Notes under the pieces: generated by a model
Seen by the model: the letters and a program-made list of their open reading frames with translations, nothing else
What the model was told of the DNA's origin: nothing
The model's database searches: none
Assembly: GCF_006345805.1 (NCBI RefSeq)
Contig: NC_043009.1
Span: 43,028,001-43,092,000 of the forward strand
DNA from: Octopus sinensis
Taxonomy: Eukaryota
Reading direction: 5' to 3'
Length of the DNA: 64,000 nt
Translations under genes and position numbers: made by a program
Part shown: in pieces, positions 39,379 to 53,168 of the stretch
Numbering within the stretch: position 1 is the first letter of the stretch
How the letters are laid out: the number at the start of each line of letters is the position of its first letter

Positions 39379-42181
39379 CATAGAGTAATTGAGGTAATCA
39401 GAGTAAGTGACAGAATACTTAAGATTAGAATAGTGCTTCATAATAGATTAGCAACCATTATATCGGCCTATGCCCCTCAGCCAGGGCTACCCGATGGACA
39501 GAAAGACAGTTTCTATGACACCCTACTGCAGACCACCTCATTGACGAACGACAGGGACCTTCTCTTTGTGGCTGGTGATTTCAATGGGCATGTTGGACGA
39601 CATGCTGGGGGCTTCCATGGCGTACATGGAGGCTATGGTTATGGTTCCCGCAACGAGGAGGGAACCAGGCTGCTGGAGTTCTGCGATGCAAATGACCTTA
39701 TGGTCTGCAATACCAACTTCAGGAAACCCACCTCTCACCTAGTCACCTACCGTTCTGGCAGACACACCAGCCAGATTGACTACATCCTTGCCAAAAAAGG
39801 GAAAGATGGCTGCTTATAAATGCCAAAACCTTCCCAGGCGAAGAATGGCACCCCACAACATAGACTGGTAGTTAGTGACTTTAGGATCAGGACTAAGAGG
39901 ACGACTAGAAGACGACCAACATGGAGAAAGAAGGGTCTGGAAGCTAAAAGACCCTGCGAATGGACAGAGATTTAGAGATATGTTACTTGAAGCCTTTGAC
40001 GAAGTGGAAGGGGGTATAGCTACGCATGGGGTAGAAGACAACTGGACGTTTCTGAGGGACAACCTGCTGAAAGCCGCTGACCAGATCTGTGGCTGGTGCA
40101 AAGTCCCCTTAAGACCCAAAATAACGTGGTGGTGGAACAATATTGTTGACAGGGCTATTAGACAAAAGAAACAGGCTTGGAAGGCCTGGAAGAACGGTGG
40201 TAGCAGGGAAGTGTATCAGACTGCAAGAAGGGAAGCTAGGAGACAGGTCTATCTAGCCAGAGGGGAGGCAGATAAAGAAAAATTTGCCAATGTCCTGCGC
40301 ATTGAGGATGAAAGACTTGAGGTATTTCGTGTTGCAAGACAAGTGTGTGAGAGAGAATCGTGACGTGGTAGGAGAGAAATGTGTTCGCAAGGATGACGGT
40401 TCACTTGCGCTAAATGAGGATGCAAAGAGAGAGGCTTGGAGACGCCACTATGAAAGGTTGCTGAATGAGGAAATGAATGGGATAAAGAGAGTCTCCCGAA
40501 TGTCGACCCAACAGAGGGACCAGCAATCCGAGTTAACAGTTCTTAGTAGATAAGGCAATTAGAAGCATGAAAACAGGGAAAGCCCCAGGCCCATCAGGAA
40601 TTACTGCAGAGATGCTCAAAATATCTGGTAGTGTCGGCTATAGCTTAGTCACCCGTATAGTAAACCAGGTGATACACGAAGGAGTCATACCCAATGACTG
40701 GTGTAGCAGCATAATAGTCAACTGCTACAAAGGTAAAGGCGACGCCCTAGATACAAATAACTACAGGGGCATCAAGCTGCTGGATCAGGTAATGAAGGTT
40801 ATGGAGAGGGTTATAGCCCAATTAATTAGAGAGAGAGTTAGCTTAGATGATATGCAGTTTGGGTTCGTGCCAGGGAAAAGTACTACTGATGCTATATTCC
40901 TGGTAAGACAGCTGCAGGAGAAATACCTAGCCAAAGATAAGCCCTTGTATCTGGCTTTTGTTGACTTGGAGAAAGCCTTTGACAGGGTCCCCCGATCCCT
41001 TATCTGGTGGTCAATGAGGAAACTAGGGATAGATGAATGGTTAGTGAGAGCTGTGCGAGCCATGTACAGAGACCTGCTAGTAAGGTGAGGGTTGGCAACG
41101 AGTACAGTGAAGAATTCCGGGTAGAGGTTGGGGTCCACCAAGGTTCAGTCCTCAGTCCCCTCCTATTTATCATAGTCCTCCAGGCAATAACGGAGGAATT
41201 CAAGACAGGATGCCCCTGGGAGCTCCTCTATACTGATGACCTTGCTCTAATTGCTGAGTCACTATCAGAACTGGAGGAGAAGTTTCAGGTGTGGAAACAA
41301 GGATTAGAATCGAAGGGCCTTAGATTCAACCTAGCCAAAACCAAAGTCCTAATAAGTAGGAAGGTGGACCAATCACAAACGACTTCAGGTAGATGGCCCT
41401 GCTCGATCTGTAAAAAAGGTGTAGGTAGAAACTCTATAAGGTGCACCAAGTGTAAGCTATGGACACATAAGAGGTGCAGCAATGTCAAAGGAAGGCTAAC
41501 TAAGAAAATAGTTTTTGTCTGTGGCAGATGCTCAGGAGCAAAAACACTGGAAATGTGCAGAGACCAACTTCTACCACGTTCCAGGGAGACAAACTAGAAG
41601 TAGTTGATAGCTTCCGCTACCTAGGAGACCAAGTCAGTAGCAGGGGTGGGTGTGCTGAAAGTGTAACTGCTAGAGTAAGAATAGCCTGGGCAAAGTTTAG
41701 AGAGCTCTTACCCCTGCTGGTGACAAAAGGCCTCTCGCTAAGAGTAAAAGGCAGACTATATGATGCGTGTGTACGTACAGCCATGCTACATGGTAGTGAA
41801 ACATGGGCCGTGACTGCTGAGGATATGCGTAAGCTCGCAAGAAATGAAGCCAGTATGCTCCGATGGATGTGTAATGTCAGTGTTCATAATCGTCAGAGTG
41901 TAAGTACTTTGAGAGAAAAGTTGAACCTAAGAAGTGTCAGTTGTGGTGTGCAAGAGAGACGGCTGCGCTGGTATGGTCATGTGACGAGAAAGGCTGAAGA
42001 TAGTTGTGTGCAAAATTGCTACACCCTAGCAGTTGAGGGAACCTGTGGAAGAGGTAGACCCAGGAAAACCTGGGACGAGGTGGTGAAGCATGACCTTCGA
42101 ACTTTAGGTCTCACCAAGGAAATGACTGAAGACCGAGTCCTATGGAAGTGTGCTGTGCATGAGAGGACCTGGCAGGACTAG
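39379..42181 (+). pseudogene. RTE-clade LINE ORF (APE endonuclease, RT, PHD-like finger), 5'-truncated and frameshifted
   Basis: ISAYAPQ, GDFNGH and SQIDYIL motifs; FVDLEKAFDRV, QGSVLSP and YTDD; RRLRWYGHV and GRGRPRKTW. About five frameshifts. Confidence 0.95.
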
Positions 42182-44462
42182 TCAGGCCATATCCCGTGGC
42201 CCCTACCTGGGACGTAGTCGATCCACCTGTGCATACCTTCCTTCTTGTGACACTTGTGAAGACCTGCTGAGGCAAGTGAAAATCAATCAAAACAAATCAA
42301 AATAGATGAACATCAATGGAATTTGTATCTTTGTGGTACCAGTGCCTGTGGCACACAAGAAAACCATCCGAACGTGGCCGTAGCCAGTAGGCACACAAGA
42401 AAACCATCCGAACGTGGCCGTAGCCAGTAACGCATCGACTGGCCTCCGTGCTGTGGGAACATGGTGGCACATAAAAACACCATCCGAAGACCCAGCAAGA
42501 CTAGTCAGGTCATAACCCGTGGCCCCTACCTGGGACGTAGTCAGTCCACCTGTACATACCTTCCTTCTTGTGACACTTGTGAAGACCTGTTGCGGCAAGT
42601 GAAAATCAAAACAAATCAAAATAGATGAACATCAATGGAATTTGTATCTTTGTGGTACCAGTGCCTGTGGCACACAAGAAAACCATCCGAACGTGGCCGT
42701 AGCCAGTAGGCACACAAGAAAAACCATCCGAACGTGGCCGTAGCCAGTAACGCATCGACTGGCTCCGTGCTGTGGGCACATGACAAACACCATCCGATCG
42801 TGGCCGTTCGCCAGCCTCATCTAGCACCTGTGTCGGTGGCACATAAAAACACCATCCGAAGACCCGGCAAGACTAGTCAGGCCATAACCCATGGCCCCTA
42901 CTGGGACGTAGTCAGTCCACCTGGCATACCTTCCTTCTTGTGACACTTGTGAAGACCTGTTGAGGCAAGTGAAAATCAAAACAAATCAAAATAGATGAAC
43001 ATCAATGGAATCTGTATCTTTGTGGTACCAGTGCCGGTGGCACACACTTTGTGGTACCAGTGCCGGTGGCACACACTTTGTGGTACCAGTGCCGGTGGCA
43101 CACAAGAAAACCATCCGAACGTGGCCGTAGCCAGTTCCGCATCGACCGGCCTCCATGCTGTGGGCACGTAACAAACACCATCCGATCATGGCCGTTCGCC
43201 AGCCTCATCTGCACCTGTGTCGGTGGCACATAAAAACCACCTTCGAAGACCCGGCAATACTAGTCATTCCACCTGTGCATACCTTCCTTCTTGTGACACT
43301 TGTGAAGACCTGTTGAGGCAAGTGAAAATCAAATCAAATCAAAATAGATGAACATCAATGGAATTTGTATCTTTGTGGTACCAGTGCCTGTGCACACAAG
43401 AAATCCATCCGAACGTGGCCGTAGTCAGTACCGCATCGACTGGCCATCGTGCTGTGGGCACATAACAAACACCATCTGATCGTGGCCGTTCGCCAGCCTC
43501 ATCTAGCACCTGTGTCGGTGGCACATAAAGACACCATCCGAAGACCCGGCAAGACTAGTCAGGCCATATCCATGGCCCCTACCTGGGACGTAGTCAGTCC
43601 ACCTGTGCATACCTTCCTCCTTGTGATACTTGTGAAGGCCTGTTGAGGCAAGTGAAAATCAAAATGAAATCAAAACAAATCAAATCAAATCAAATCAAAA
43701 CAAATCAAAATAGATGAACATTAATGGAATTGTATCTTTGTGGTACCAGTGCCGGTGGCACACAAGAAAACCATCCGAACGTGGCCGTAGCCAGTACCGC
43801 ACCGACTGGCCTCCGTGCTGTGGGCACGTAACAAACACCATCCGATCGTGGCCGTTCGCCAGCCTCATCTGGCACCTGTGTCGGTGGCACATAAAAAACG
43901 CCATCCGAAGACCCGGCAAGACTAGTCAGGCCATAACCTGTGGCCCTACCTGGGACGTAGTCAGTCCACCTGTGCATACCTTCCTTCTTGTGACACTTGT
44001 GAAGACCTGTTGAGGCAAGTGAAAATCCAAAACAAATCAAAATAGATGAACATCAATGGAATTTGTATCTTTGTGGTACCAGTGCCGGTGGCACGTGGCA
44101 CACAAGAAAACCATCCGAACGTGGCCGTAGCCAGTAACCGTATCGACTGGCCTCCGTGCTGTGGGCACGTAACAAACACCATCCGATCGTGGCCGTTTGC
44201 CAGCCTCATCTGGCACCTGTGTCAGTGGCACATAAAAAACACCATCCGAGCGTGGCCGTTTGCCAGCCTCGTCTGGCACCTGTGTCGGTGGCACATAAAA
44301 TCACCCACTACACTCTCGGAGTGGTTGGCGTTAGGAAGGGCATCCAGCTGTAGAAACACTGCCAGATCTGACTGGACTGGTGCAGCTTTTGGGCTCCCCA
44401 GACCCCAGTTGAACCGTCCAACCCATGCTAGCATGGAAAGCGGACGTTAAATGATGATGATG
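42176..44462 (+). repeat. Six tandem copies of the RTE 3'UTR (295-387 bp), then the terminal tail and (GAT)n
   Basis: Unit starts (gactagtc) at 42176, 42499, 42871, 43258, 43553 and 43920. Confidence 0.92.
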
Positions 44463-44499
44463 TACATATCTGTTATATATGTATATATATAATCAAAAT

Positions 44500-44756
44500 A
44501 AGCAACAAGGATATCCAAGGGAGAGTAGTACAATTGTTTCATGCTACTTCATTTTATTAAACCCTTTAAGTATTACATCAGTTTTAAAATGTTGAGCAAT
44601 CTTCAGCCACATATAGAATTTTTCAATTAAACGGACAATGCAGTATAAGAATGTGCATTGCTCGACATTTTAAAACTGATGTAATACTTAAGGGTTTAAT
44701 AAAATGAAGTAGCATGGAACAATTGTACTACTCTACCTTGGATATCCTTGTTGCTT
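44500..44756. repeat. Fold-back element, ~100-bp inverted arms
   Basis: Arms 44500-44600 and 44657-44756 are near-perfect reverse complements. Confidence 0.9.
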
Positions 44757-44863
44757 TTTTTTATTATAATCACCCCATTTTGATTTATATGGATAATACC
44801 ATACAAAATTCTGGTGCCTTTAACTTAAGTACCATATTCATCTGAATCTAAATTTTGTGAACT

Positions 44864-44901
<38 letters not shown>

Positions 44902-44921
44902 ATGTTATATATATGTGTATA

Positions 44922-45003
<82 letters not shown>

Positions 45004-45096
45004 ATGTATATATATATGTATATGTATATATACATCTTATATAAATATATATTCCAACCCGTGCTAGCATGGAAAACGGACATTAAACGATGATGA

Positions 45097-45137
<41 letters not shown>

Positions 45138-45337
45138 TTATATATATATATATATATGCATGCATATATATAATGAGAGAGAGAGAAAGATGGAGAGAGA
45201 GATAAACATATACACACACATGTGAATTCTTGCTTACATAGAATCACACACTAACACACAAATGTTCACACACTCACACAATCACACACACACACACACA
45301 CACATCTACATGTATCCAAAGGTGAGTCAATGTGTGA

Positions 45338-45379
45338 GTCACTACTCAGAGTTTCATGTTCCTGCTCCTCAGGCTAACA
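45338..45379 (-). ncRNA. Hammerhead motif (family 3), stem II decayed
   Basis: Minus: gttagc-CTGAGGA-GCAGGAACAT-GAAA-CTCTGAG-TA-gtgac; homologous to 60709-60763. Confidence 0.55.
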
Positions 45380-45665
45380 GATGATTATCATATCTGATAT
45401 CCTTGTCGAGACTTGGCAGGAATAATAAACTTATACAGATATAGAAACATTTAAAAAAAATTTTAACTATATAAATATAAATTATAGGCACAAGTGTGGC
45501 TTGTGGTAAGAAGCTTGCTTCCAAACCACATAGTTTTGGGTTCAATCCTGCAGTGTGACAACTTGGGAAAGTGTTTTCCATTATAACCTCAGGTCAAAAC
45601 AAGCTTTATGAAAAGATTTGGTAGGAGGAAATTGAAAGAAGCCATCATCACATATATGTGTGTGT

Positions 45666-45709
<44 letters not shown>

Positions 45710-47137
45710 GTGTGTGTGTGTGTGTTTGTGTCAGTGTTTTTCCACCATCACCACTTAACAACTGATGCTGGTGTGTTTATGTTTCCATAACCTAGCAGTT
45801 TGTCAAAAGATACTGATGTAAGAAGTAACACGTTTTTAAATAAAAGTGAGTACTAGGGTTGATTTATTCCACTAAAAATACTTCAAGGTGGTGTCCCAGC
45901 ATGGCCACAGTCTAATAGCTAAACAAGTAAAAAAATAAAGAAAATCTACAGATGTAGATGCATTTATATCAAACTTATCTTTTGCATTTTATCTTTTACT
46001 TGTTTCAGTCATTGGACTGCAGCCATGCTGGGGCACTGCCTGAAGGTTTTTAATTGAACAAATTAATCCTACAGTTTATTCAACTGATCCCTTATGCTGA
46101 ACTGCTACGTTAAGGGATATGCAAGCAAACCAAGCGGTGGTGTGAGAATACCACAAATGCAAACATGCACATTCACAGACAACCATACATATCATTATCA
46201 TCATCATCATCATCATCATCATTTAACGTCTGTTTTCCATGCTAGCATGGATTGGACGATTTCATTGAGGTCTGGCAAACCAGATGGCTGCACCAAGCTC
46301 CAATCTGATCTGGCAGAGTTTCTCCGAGAGTGTAGTGGGTGCTTTTATGTGCCACCGACAGGAGGGCCAGTCAACCAGTACTGGCAACGGCCACGCGCTA
46401 ATGGCGCTTTTTATGTTCCACTTGCACAAGGGCCAGTCCAGTAGCACTGGCAATGACCTGGCTTGAATGTTTTTCATGTGCCACCAGCACAAGTGCCAGT
46501 AAGGTGACGCAAGTAAAGATCACGCTTGAATGGTGCTTTTTACGTGCCCCCATCATGGAAGCCAGTTTGTTGCTCTGGCAATGATCATGCTCCGATGGTA
46601 CTCTTAGTGCTCCACTAGCACAGATGCCAGTCACCGAATTTGATTTTATATATATATATATAAGTAATTATTTGGACTTTGGGTATATGTCTATTAATAT
46701 GCAGATCAAAGCACATTCACCGTTTGGGCTGCCTGATGTCAACCACAGTCACAATATAATTTTCACTGGATCTACATCAGGAATTCCACAGTATCTATTT
46801 TTTTCATCAATTGTATATATATATATATATATATATATTTACACACACACATATATACACATATATATTTATATTTATTTTTTTAGTGTTTATTTGTTTC
46901 AGTCATTAGACTGCAGCCATGCTGGGGCATCACCTAGAAGGACTCAGTTCAACAAATTTACCCCAGTACTTAATTTTCAAAGTATTGTCTTTATTCAGCT
47001 GATATCTTTTGCTAAACTGCTTAGTTGTCAGGATGTAAACAAACCAGCACCTCTTGTCAAGTGCTGGAGAGGAAGCAAACACAAAGACACATCTACATAT
47101 ACATATACATACATATATATATGTGTTTATATATGTA

Positions 47138-47567
47138 CAGGGTAACCCCAAAATAAACTGAACCCATAAAATTTTATTGAATCCTACAAAGGTCCAGCAA
47201 ATTTCATGAAATTTCTTGGACTTAAACTTTGGTCTGTGTACAATCATTCCCTTTGCATAAAAGTCAGGTTTTTTTTCAAAATATGCTCCAAATGGCATAC
47301 GTCACACAAAATTGTCAATTACTTGAAAACATTCCTCTTTGGAGATTTCCCTGATTTCCATAGTGATTGCTGCCTTCAGTTCACTGATCGTTTCTGGGTT
47401 TTTTCTGATAAACATTATCATTGATGAGATACCCCCACAGATAAAAATCTGGGGGGTTCAAATCTGGTGAATATGGTGCCCACACAACATCACACTGCTG
47501 ATCAGTCTCTCTTGACATCGGTCTCTCAGCCAGGTTAGGGAGTCATTTGATGTGTGCGTGGGAGGGG
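47138..47567 (-). mobile_element. Tc1/mariner-superfamily (maT/DD37D-like) transposase C-terminal fragment with one TIR
   Basis: AHTSNDSLTWL...WAPYSPDLNPPDFYLWGYL...ISELKAAI; TA|CAGGGT terminus at 47138. Confidence 0.8.
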
Positions 47568-47931
47568 ATCGACCCCGTCTTACTGGATCTGCTGCTCATC
47601 CCAATCTATCCCTCTGCATCTACCACTACCACTACCAACACCTACCCTCTGGCTGCACCTCTTCTACATGGATCAAAGTGACTTTGTTATTGATGTGAAA
47701 TCCTTGAAATACACCACAACGTCTACACTTTTAACCTTGAACTTGTTCGTAAAAACCACACCATACAACATTTCTCTCCTTGTTTTTTTTCTGTGTATCT
47801 TTCTGTCGAAGAGCATAGGCTCGAAACATAAAAGACTTGTTCTATTTCTATTCCTGAGCGTCATACTAATACATTTGTTTGTTTGTACTCCACCTGCCTT
47901 TGTCTTTTGTTTATTTTCGTAAACCTTCCCG

Positions 47932-47935
<4 letters not shown>
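47568..47935 (+). mobile_element. Penelope-like terminal remnant with hammerhead motif at 47798-47835
   Basis: TCTTT-CTGTCGA-a-GAGC atag GCTC-GAAA-cata-AAAGA: 5-bp stem I, A6 substituted. Related to 4672-4855. The Penelope assignment is inference. Confidence 0.55.
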
Positions 47936-47969
<34 letters not shown>

Positions 47970-48905
47970 GGCACCTTGCTATACTCAAGAAGACCTGTAC
48001 TCCACTGCAGAAATGCTAAGTCCGGTCTCTCTGGTGGTGAAAAGCACCCATAGTGGTGTCACATGAAGTTCCCACATGGTACCATGTAAAAGCATCTGTG
48101 TGGAGCCATGTAAAAACACCCTTGTGGTGTCACATATAAGAGCCATGCAGTGTCACATAAAAGTGCCTGTGTGGTACCATTTAAAAGCACCTATGCAATG
48201 TCACATAAAAGCACCCAGCACACCCTGTAAAGTGATTGACGTTAGGAAGGGCATCCAGCCATAGAAACCATGCCAAATCAGACTGGCGTTTGGTGCAGCT
48301 CCCCAGCATGCCAGCTCTGATCAAACCAACCTGCCCTTGCTAGCATGGACAATGGACATAAAATGATAACGATGATGATGATGATGTTGAGAAACTCAGG
48401 TCAGATTGGAGCCCGGTGCAGCCATCTGGCTCACCAGTCCTCAGTCAATCTGTCCAACCCATGGAAAGCGGACATTAAACAATGATGATGATGATGATAT
48501 CATGACTTTGTTGCATCAAAATCTGTTAAAATTGATACTTTTCTATTAAATCTATGTATACCAACAATATTGACTCGATATTGAACTATTTTTTTGCATA
48601 ATATGCATGGTTATATCAGCCAGTCATCGATTATCTGAAACAGGTGTTAAGATAAGTCTTGATTAAGTGTGTGTTCATATGCATGTTTGTGTGTTTGCAT
48701 GTGTATGTATGTACATGTGTTGGCTTGTCCCTCCTTGTCGTGACTTCACAAGACAGATTCAATGATGATTTTGTGAACGAAAGTGACAATGGTGATGACG
48801 ATGACGACAACCATGATGTTGTCATCACTGTCGCTACTGACAACAATGCTGCTGCTGCTGCTACAGTTACTGCTGCTATTGCTGCTGCTGTTGCTGTTGT
48901 TACCA

Positions 48906-48949
<44 letters not shown>

Positions 48950-51220
48950 GATGATGATAATGACAATGAGAATGATGACAATTATAGGAGTGACGATGAT
49001 GATGAAGCGGATTACATACATGCATGCATGTGTGTGTGTACACACTTATCTGTGCATGTACTAACATGTGCTCCTGTGTGCACATGTGCGTGTACGTGTG
49101 TGCTCACGTGTATGCGTCTGTGTATGTGTGTATTTCCACATTTCTTTTTATTATCAAGTTTTATTTATACATATTATTTTTCATATTGCTCTCTGATACA
49201 CAATGAGGAAGAGTAATTAGATTACTAACAAAGAGGAAAACACCCGGAAAAATAAATAAATAATTAAAATTTTTTTTTTTTGTTTTTAATTTTTACTGTT
49301 TTCCAAACATGCTTCCTTAAAAAACATTCTTTAAAAATATTTTTAAAAGTTCAAAAAATAACAACGATAATATCCATTTTAAAAAAAAAAGATTATTTAT
49401 TTCTTCATTTTTATCGTTATATATTATTATATCATGATTATTATTTTAATTATTTTTATTGTTATTATTATCATTATTATTATTATTGTTATTTTTATTA
49501 TTATCATTGTTATGGGTAATATCATTATCATTATTATTTCAATTATTATTATTATTATTATATTTATTATTATCATTATTATTACCATTATTATTTTTAT
49601 TATTATTATTATTATCATTATTATTATTGTTATTGTTATTGCACGTGTATTATTTTATCTGCCATGGATTTATAAACAAATGGTCAGAACAGAACTTAGA
49701 TCAAATTCTTCAACAATAAAAGAAAGATTAGCAATGTTGCTCTAATTAGATGAATGGTGCTGCTCTAATCTTAAGAATTACACCCAAGCCATTATTTCAA
49801 AACATTACTTGCTTGGGTCTGAATACATCACAGAGTTTTTATGTATTTTGAGTATGTTCTTGTTGTTGTTCTCGTTGCCGCTGTTCTTTCTTTTTATTTT
49901 CTTTATATTTGTTGTTTTATTGTAATGTAATTTTATTTCATTTCATTTAGTTTTTTTTTTTTTTTTTCTGCGAGAAATTAACTTCTTTCTTAATTTGACT
50001 GAACAAATATTTGTTCATTCCTTAAGATGTTTAATAAAGTGTTTATTTAAAATGTTTGCTGACATGCCTAAGAATTGTTTTCAAACTATTCCATTCTGTG
50101 AAATGTTTCAATCGATATAAAGTAAAATTAAAATCATTTCTGCGAATTTCATGGCGGAAAATTAAAAATTTTTTTCTTTTCTAAATTGGTGTGAGTTTTC
50201 TTTTTGTTAATCTTTTCTTTCATATTGTTTTGTTGTTGGACTTTTTGCTGTCTTTATTTTTTTTGTTTTATATACATATTTTTTATATTTTGCATTATGG
50301 TTTCATTTTTTTTATGGGTGGGTGGCTTTGGTAAAAATTATTGGTGCTTTGTTTTTGGTTTTTGGTTTTATATGATTATTTTTATTTTTATTCTTGTGTT
50401 TTTATTTTTATTTTTTACATTTTTTATTTATTTATTCATTTTTACTTTTTGTTGGATTATTTTTCTTTTTTTTTGGGGGGGGGGAAATTTCTGATATAAC
50501 TTGAGAAAATATCTAAAAAGACGAGCATTATCTTCAAAGAATAAAGTCTGAGATATTAGACAAACCGACAGAGCAGGAGATGTAAAGTAACTAAGCAACA
50601 ACTGAAGATTAGTAAAATAATAGCTAAAAAAAAAAGTAACAAAAGCAAAAAAAAGAAACAAAATCTCCCTCCAAAAATATGAAGCAAACTACACACAAAA
50701 AAAAGAAGAGATGAGAAAACATGAACGACAAACAACGTAATAAGAACAACAACAAAAGCAACAAAAACAGAAATAATAGTGACAACAACAGCAACAAAAT
50801 GGCTGAAAAACTGCCAGCAGGCGTTATTTGTTCTTTTCTGTTGAAAATGTTTGTAATTTTCTTTATGATAATCAGACTACAAGTTACATTGAAATACAAT
50901 GGCCAATAGTAAGACAATAACCGCGTTACATGCAGCAGCAGAAGAAGAAGTGTGCAGTTGGCTGCTTGTTGATCGGTTTGTTATGAATATTTGCGTTGAA
51001 AGCATTTCAGACACAAAAGCGTATTTTTGCAGATACAAATATGGCTGCCGTTTCATTGTGTTTTGGTTAGTCTGTATATGCATATTGTTTGGATGTGTTT
51101 TGAGTGTATATTAGGTCTATAGATGTGTGGTATGATTATAGAGGCAATCTCATATATATATATATATAACTATATATATAACAGTATATATATATATATA
51201 TTATATATTTATATATATAT

Positions 51221-51270
<50 letters not shown>

Positions 51271-51342
51271 ATATACATATATATATATATATAATATATA
51301 TATATATAGATGCATGTATATATACATGTATGTATGTATATA

Positions 51343-51385
<43 letters not shown>

Positions 51386-52061
51386 GATACATAGACAAAT
51401 ACACTTATACATATGATATACACGCACATATACTTATATATTTATAAAGACACACACATATATATATTGTGATGGCTTTGAGGAATGTATGCCTTATAAA
51501 TCTTTGAATTCCTGTCAATTGTGATATCTTGAAGAAAAGTCTGGCAAAGGTTTTGCAAGATTTTGGATCAGCCAATTGTTAAAGTATATTTTCTTCAAAT
51601 TGAGCCAAAGGAGTGAGAATGTATTTTGTGTGTGTGTGTGCATGTGCGTATGTGTGTGTGTTTCAATATTATCCAGGCTACAATGCTCTCACCATTATAT
51701 ATAATGTTAAAGGAGAATTTTTTCTGCATATATGAGCATAAATTTCTTATCCATATATTACTGATATCAATATAGAAACAGAAGTTCTGAAATAATAGAG
51801 TCTGCCACTGAAGAGATAAATTACACCAAAACACTGGTGTCTGATAGTTCACTGATGTCATCTGAAGCATTCTGTTTTTTAACACAATAAAGTCTCTAAC
51901 GTTTTTCAGTGTGTGCACAAATGCTTTTGAAATGAGGTAGACATCATTATTTTGGACACTGCTGCTTCAAATGCATATATTGACCTTTTATCATTTTGTA
52001 GGTTATTCAGTACTGGTTGAATTGGGGAGAAGTAGACTTTTTACATATACTATGTCCACTC

Positions 52062-52097
52062 ATTTATATCAATACTCTATAGAGTATTGATATAAAT
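52062..52097. other. Perfect 36-bp palindrome, no spacer
   Basis: ATTTATATCAATACTCTA|TAGAGTATTGATATAAAT. Confidence 0.95.
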
Positions 52098-52893
52098 ACT
52101 TATTTAAACTTATTTTATTGTAAAAATGGAAACTAATATATGCACAGGTGAGGCATAGTGGTTAGAAGTTTGCTTAACAATCTCATAGTTCTGGGTTCAA
52201 TCACCCTGCATGGTACTTTGAATAAGTGTTTTATACTATAACCCCTGGCTGGCTAAAGCCTTGTGAGTGGATTTGCTGTTCAGAAAGTGAAAGAACTCCA
52301 TCGTATGTATATGTGTGTATGTGTGTGTGCATGCATGTGTATGTGTGCGTGTGTATATTTATGATTACATATGGATGGATGGATGGATTGATGCATGCAT
52401 GAATGCATAGGTGCTGGCATAGCTGAGTAATAAGGAGTTTGGATTCCAACTACATGGCTCAAGGTTCAGTCCCACTGTGTGGCGCCTTTTGCAAGTAGCT
52501 TTTACTATAGCCCTGGGCTGACCAAAGCCTTCTTTGAAGATTTCGTAGATTGAAACTTAAAGAAACATGTCATGTGTTTGTGTGTGTGTGTGTGCGCGCG
52601 TCCGCATGCATGCAGATGTGCATATAAATAAAGACACAAAGAAGAATGAAGCATTATGCATCTTTGATAGTTTACCAAAGATAAAATTCTGACATGTGTT
52701 TCTATTTCACAATCATATTAGACTCCTTAAATGTAATGGAGATTCAAATTAATAAATACATATTAAATTGATTCCATGTGTACACTAGCAAAATGGGTTT
52801 TTTTGGGGGTTTGTTTTCCAAGCCCACATTTCTTGAATTTTATGTGTGTGTGTGTGTGTGTGTATGTATATGTGTGTATGTATGTGTGTGTGT

Positions 52894-52924
<31 letters not shown>

Positions 52925-53113
52925 TTCGTTTTGGGATTTGGTTTGCAAGAGATTCTTTATGTGAGTTCGTGTGTTGAAGCATATTCTGTTGTGGTTGTGT
53001 CTGTGGTTGTGTCCTAGGAAAATAAAAATAAGAAATAAGTGGAAATTTTACCGGTGAGTGTGTTAAATTATAAGGCACAAAAAGAAAATTATTCTCCCCA
53101 GACACAACAGTAC

Positions 53114-53168
<55 letters not shown>

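Noticed and set aside
41816-41850. CTGAGGA...GAAA inside the RTE ORF
   Set aside because: Coding sequence, with no UH triplet or stem I.
42176-44298. Repeat array as CRISPR-like
   Set aside because: No unique spacers and no cas genes; units are whole copies of the LINE 3'UTR.
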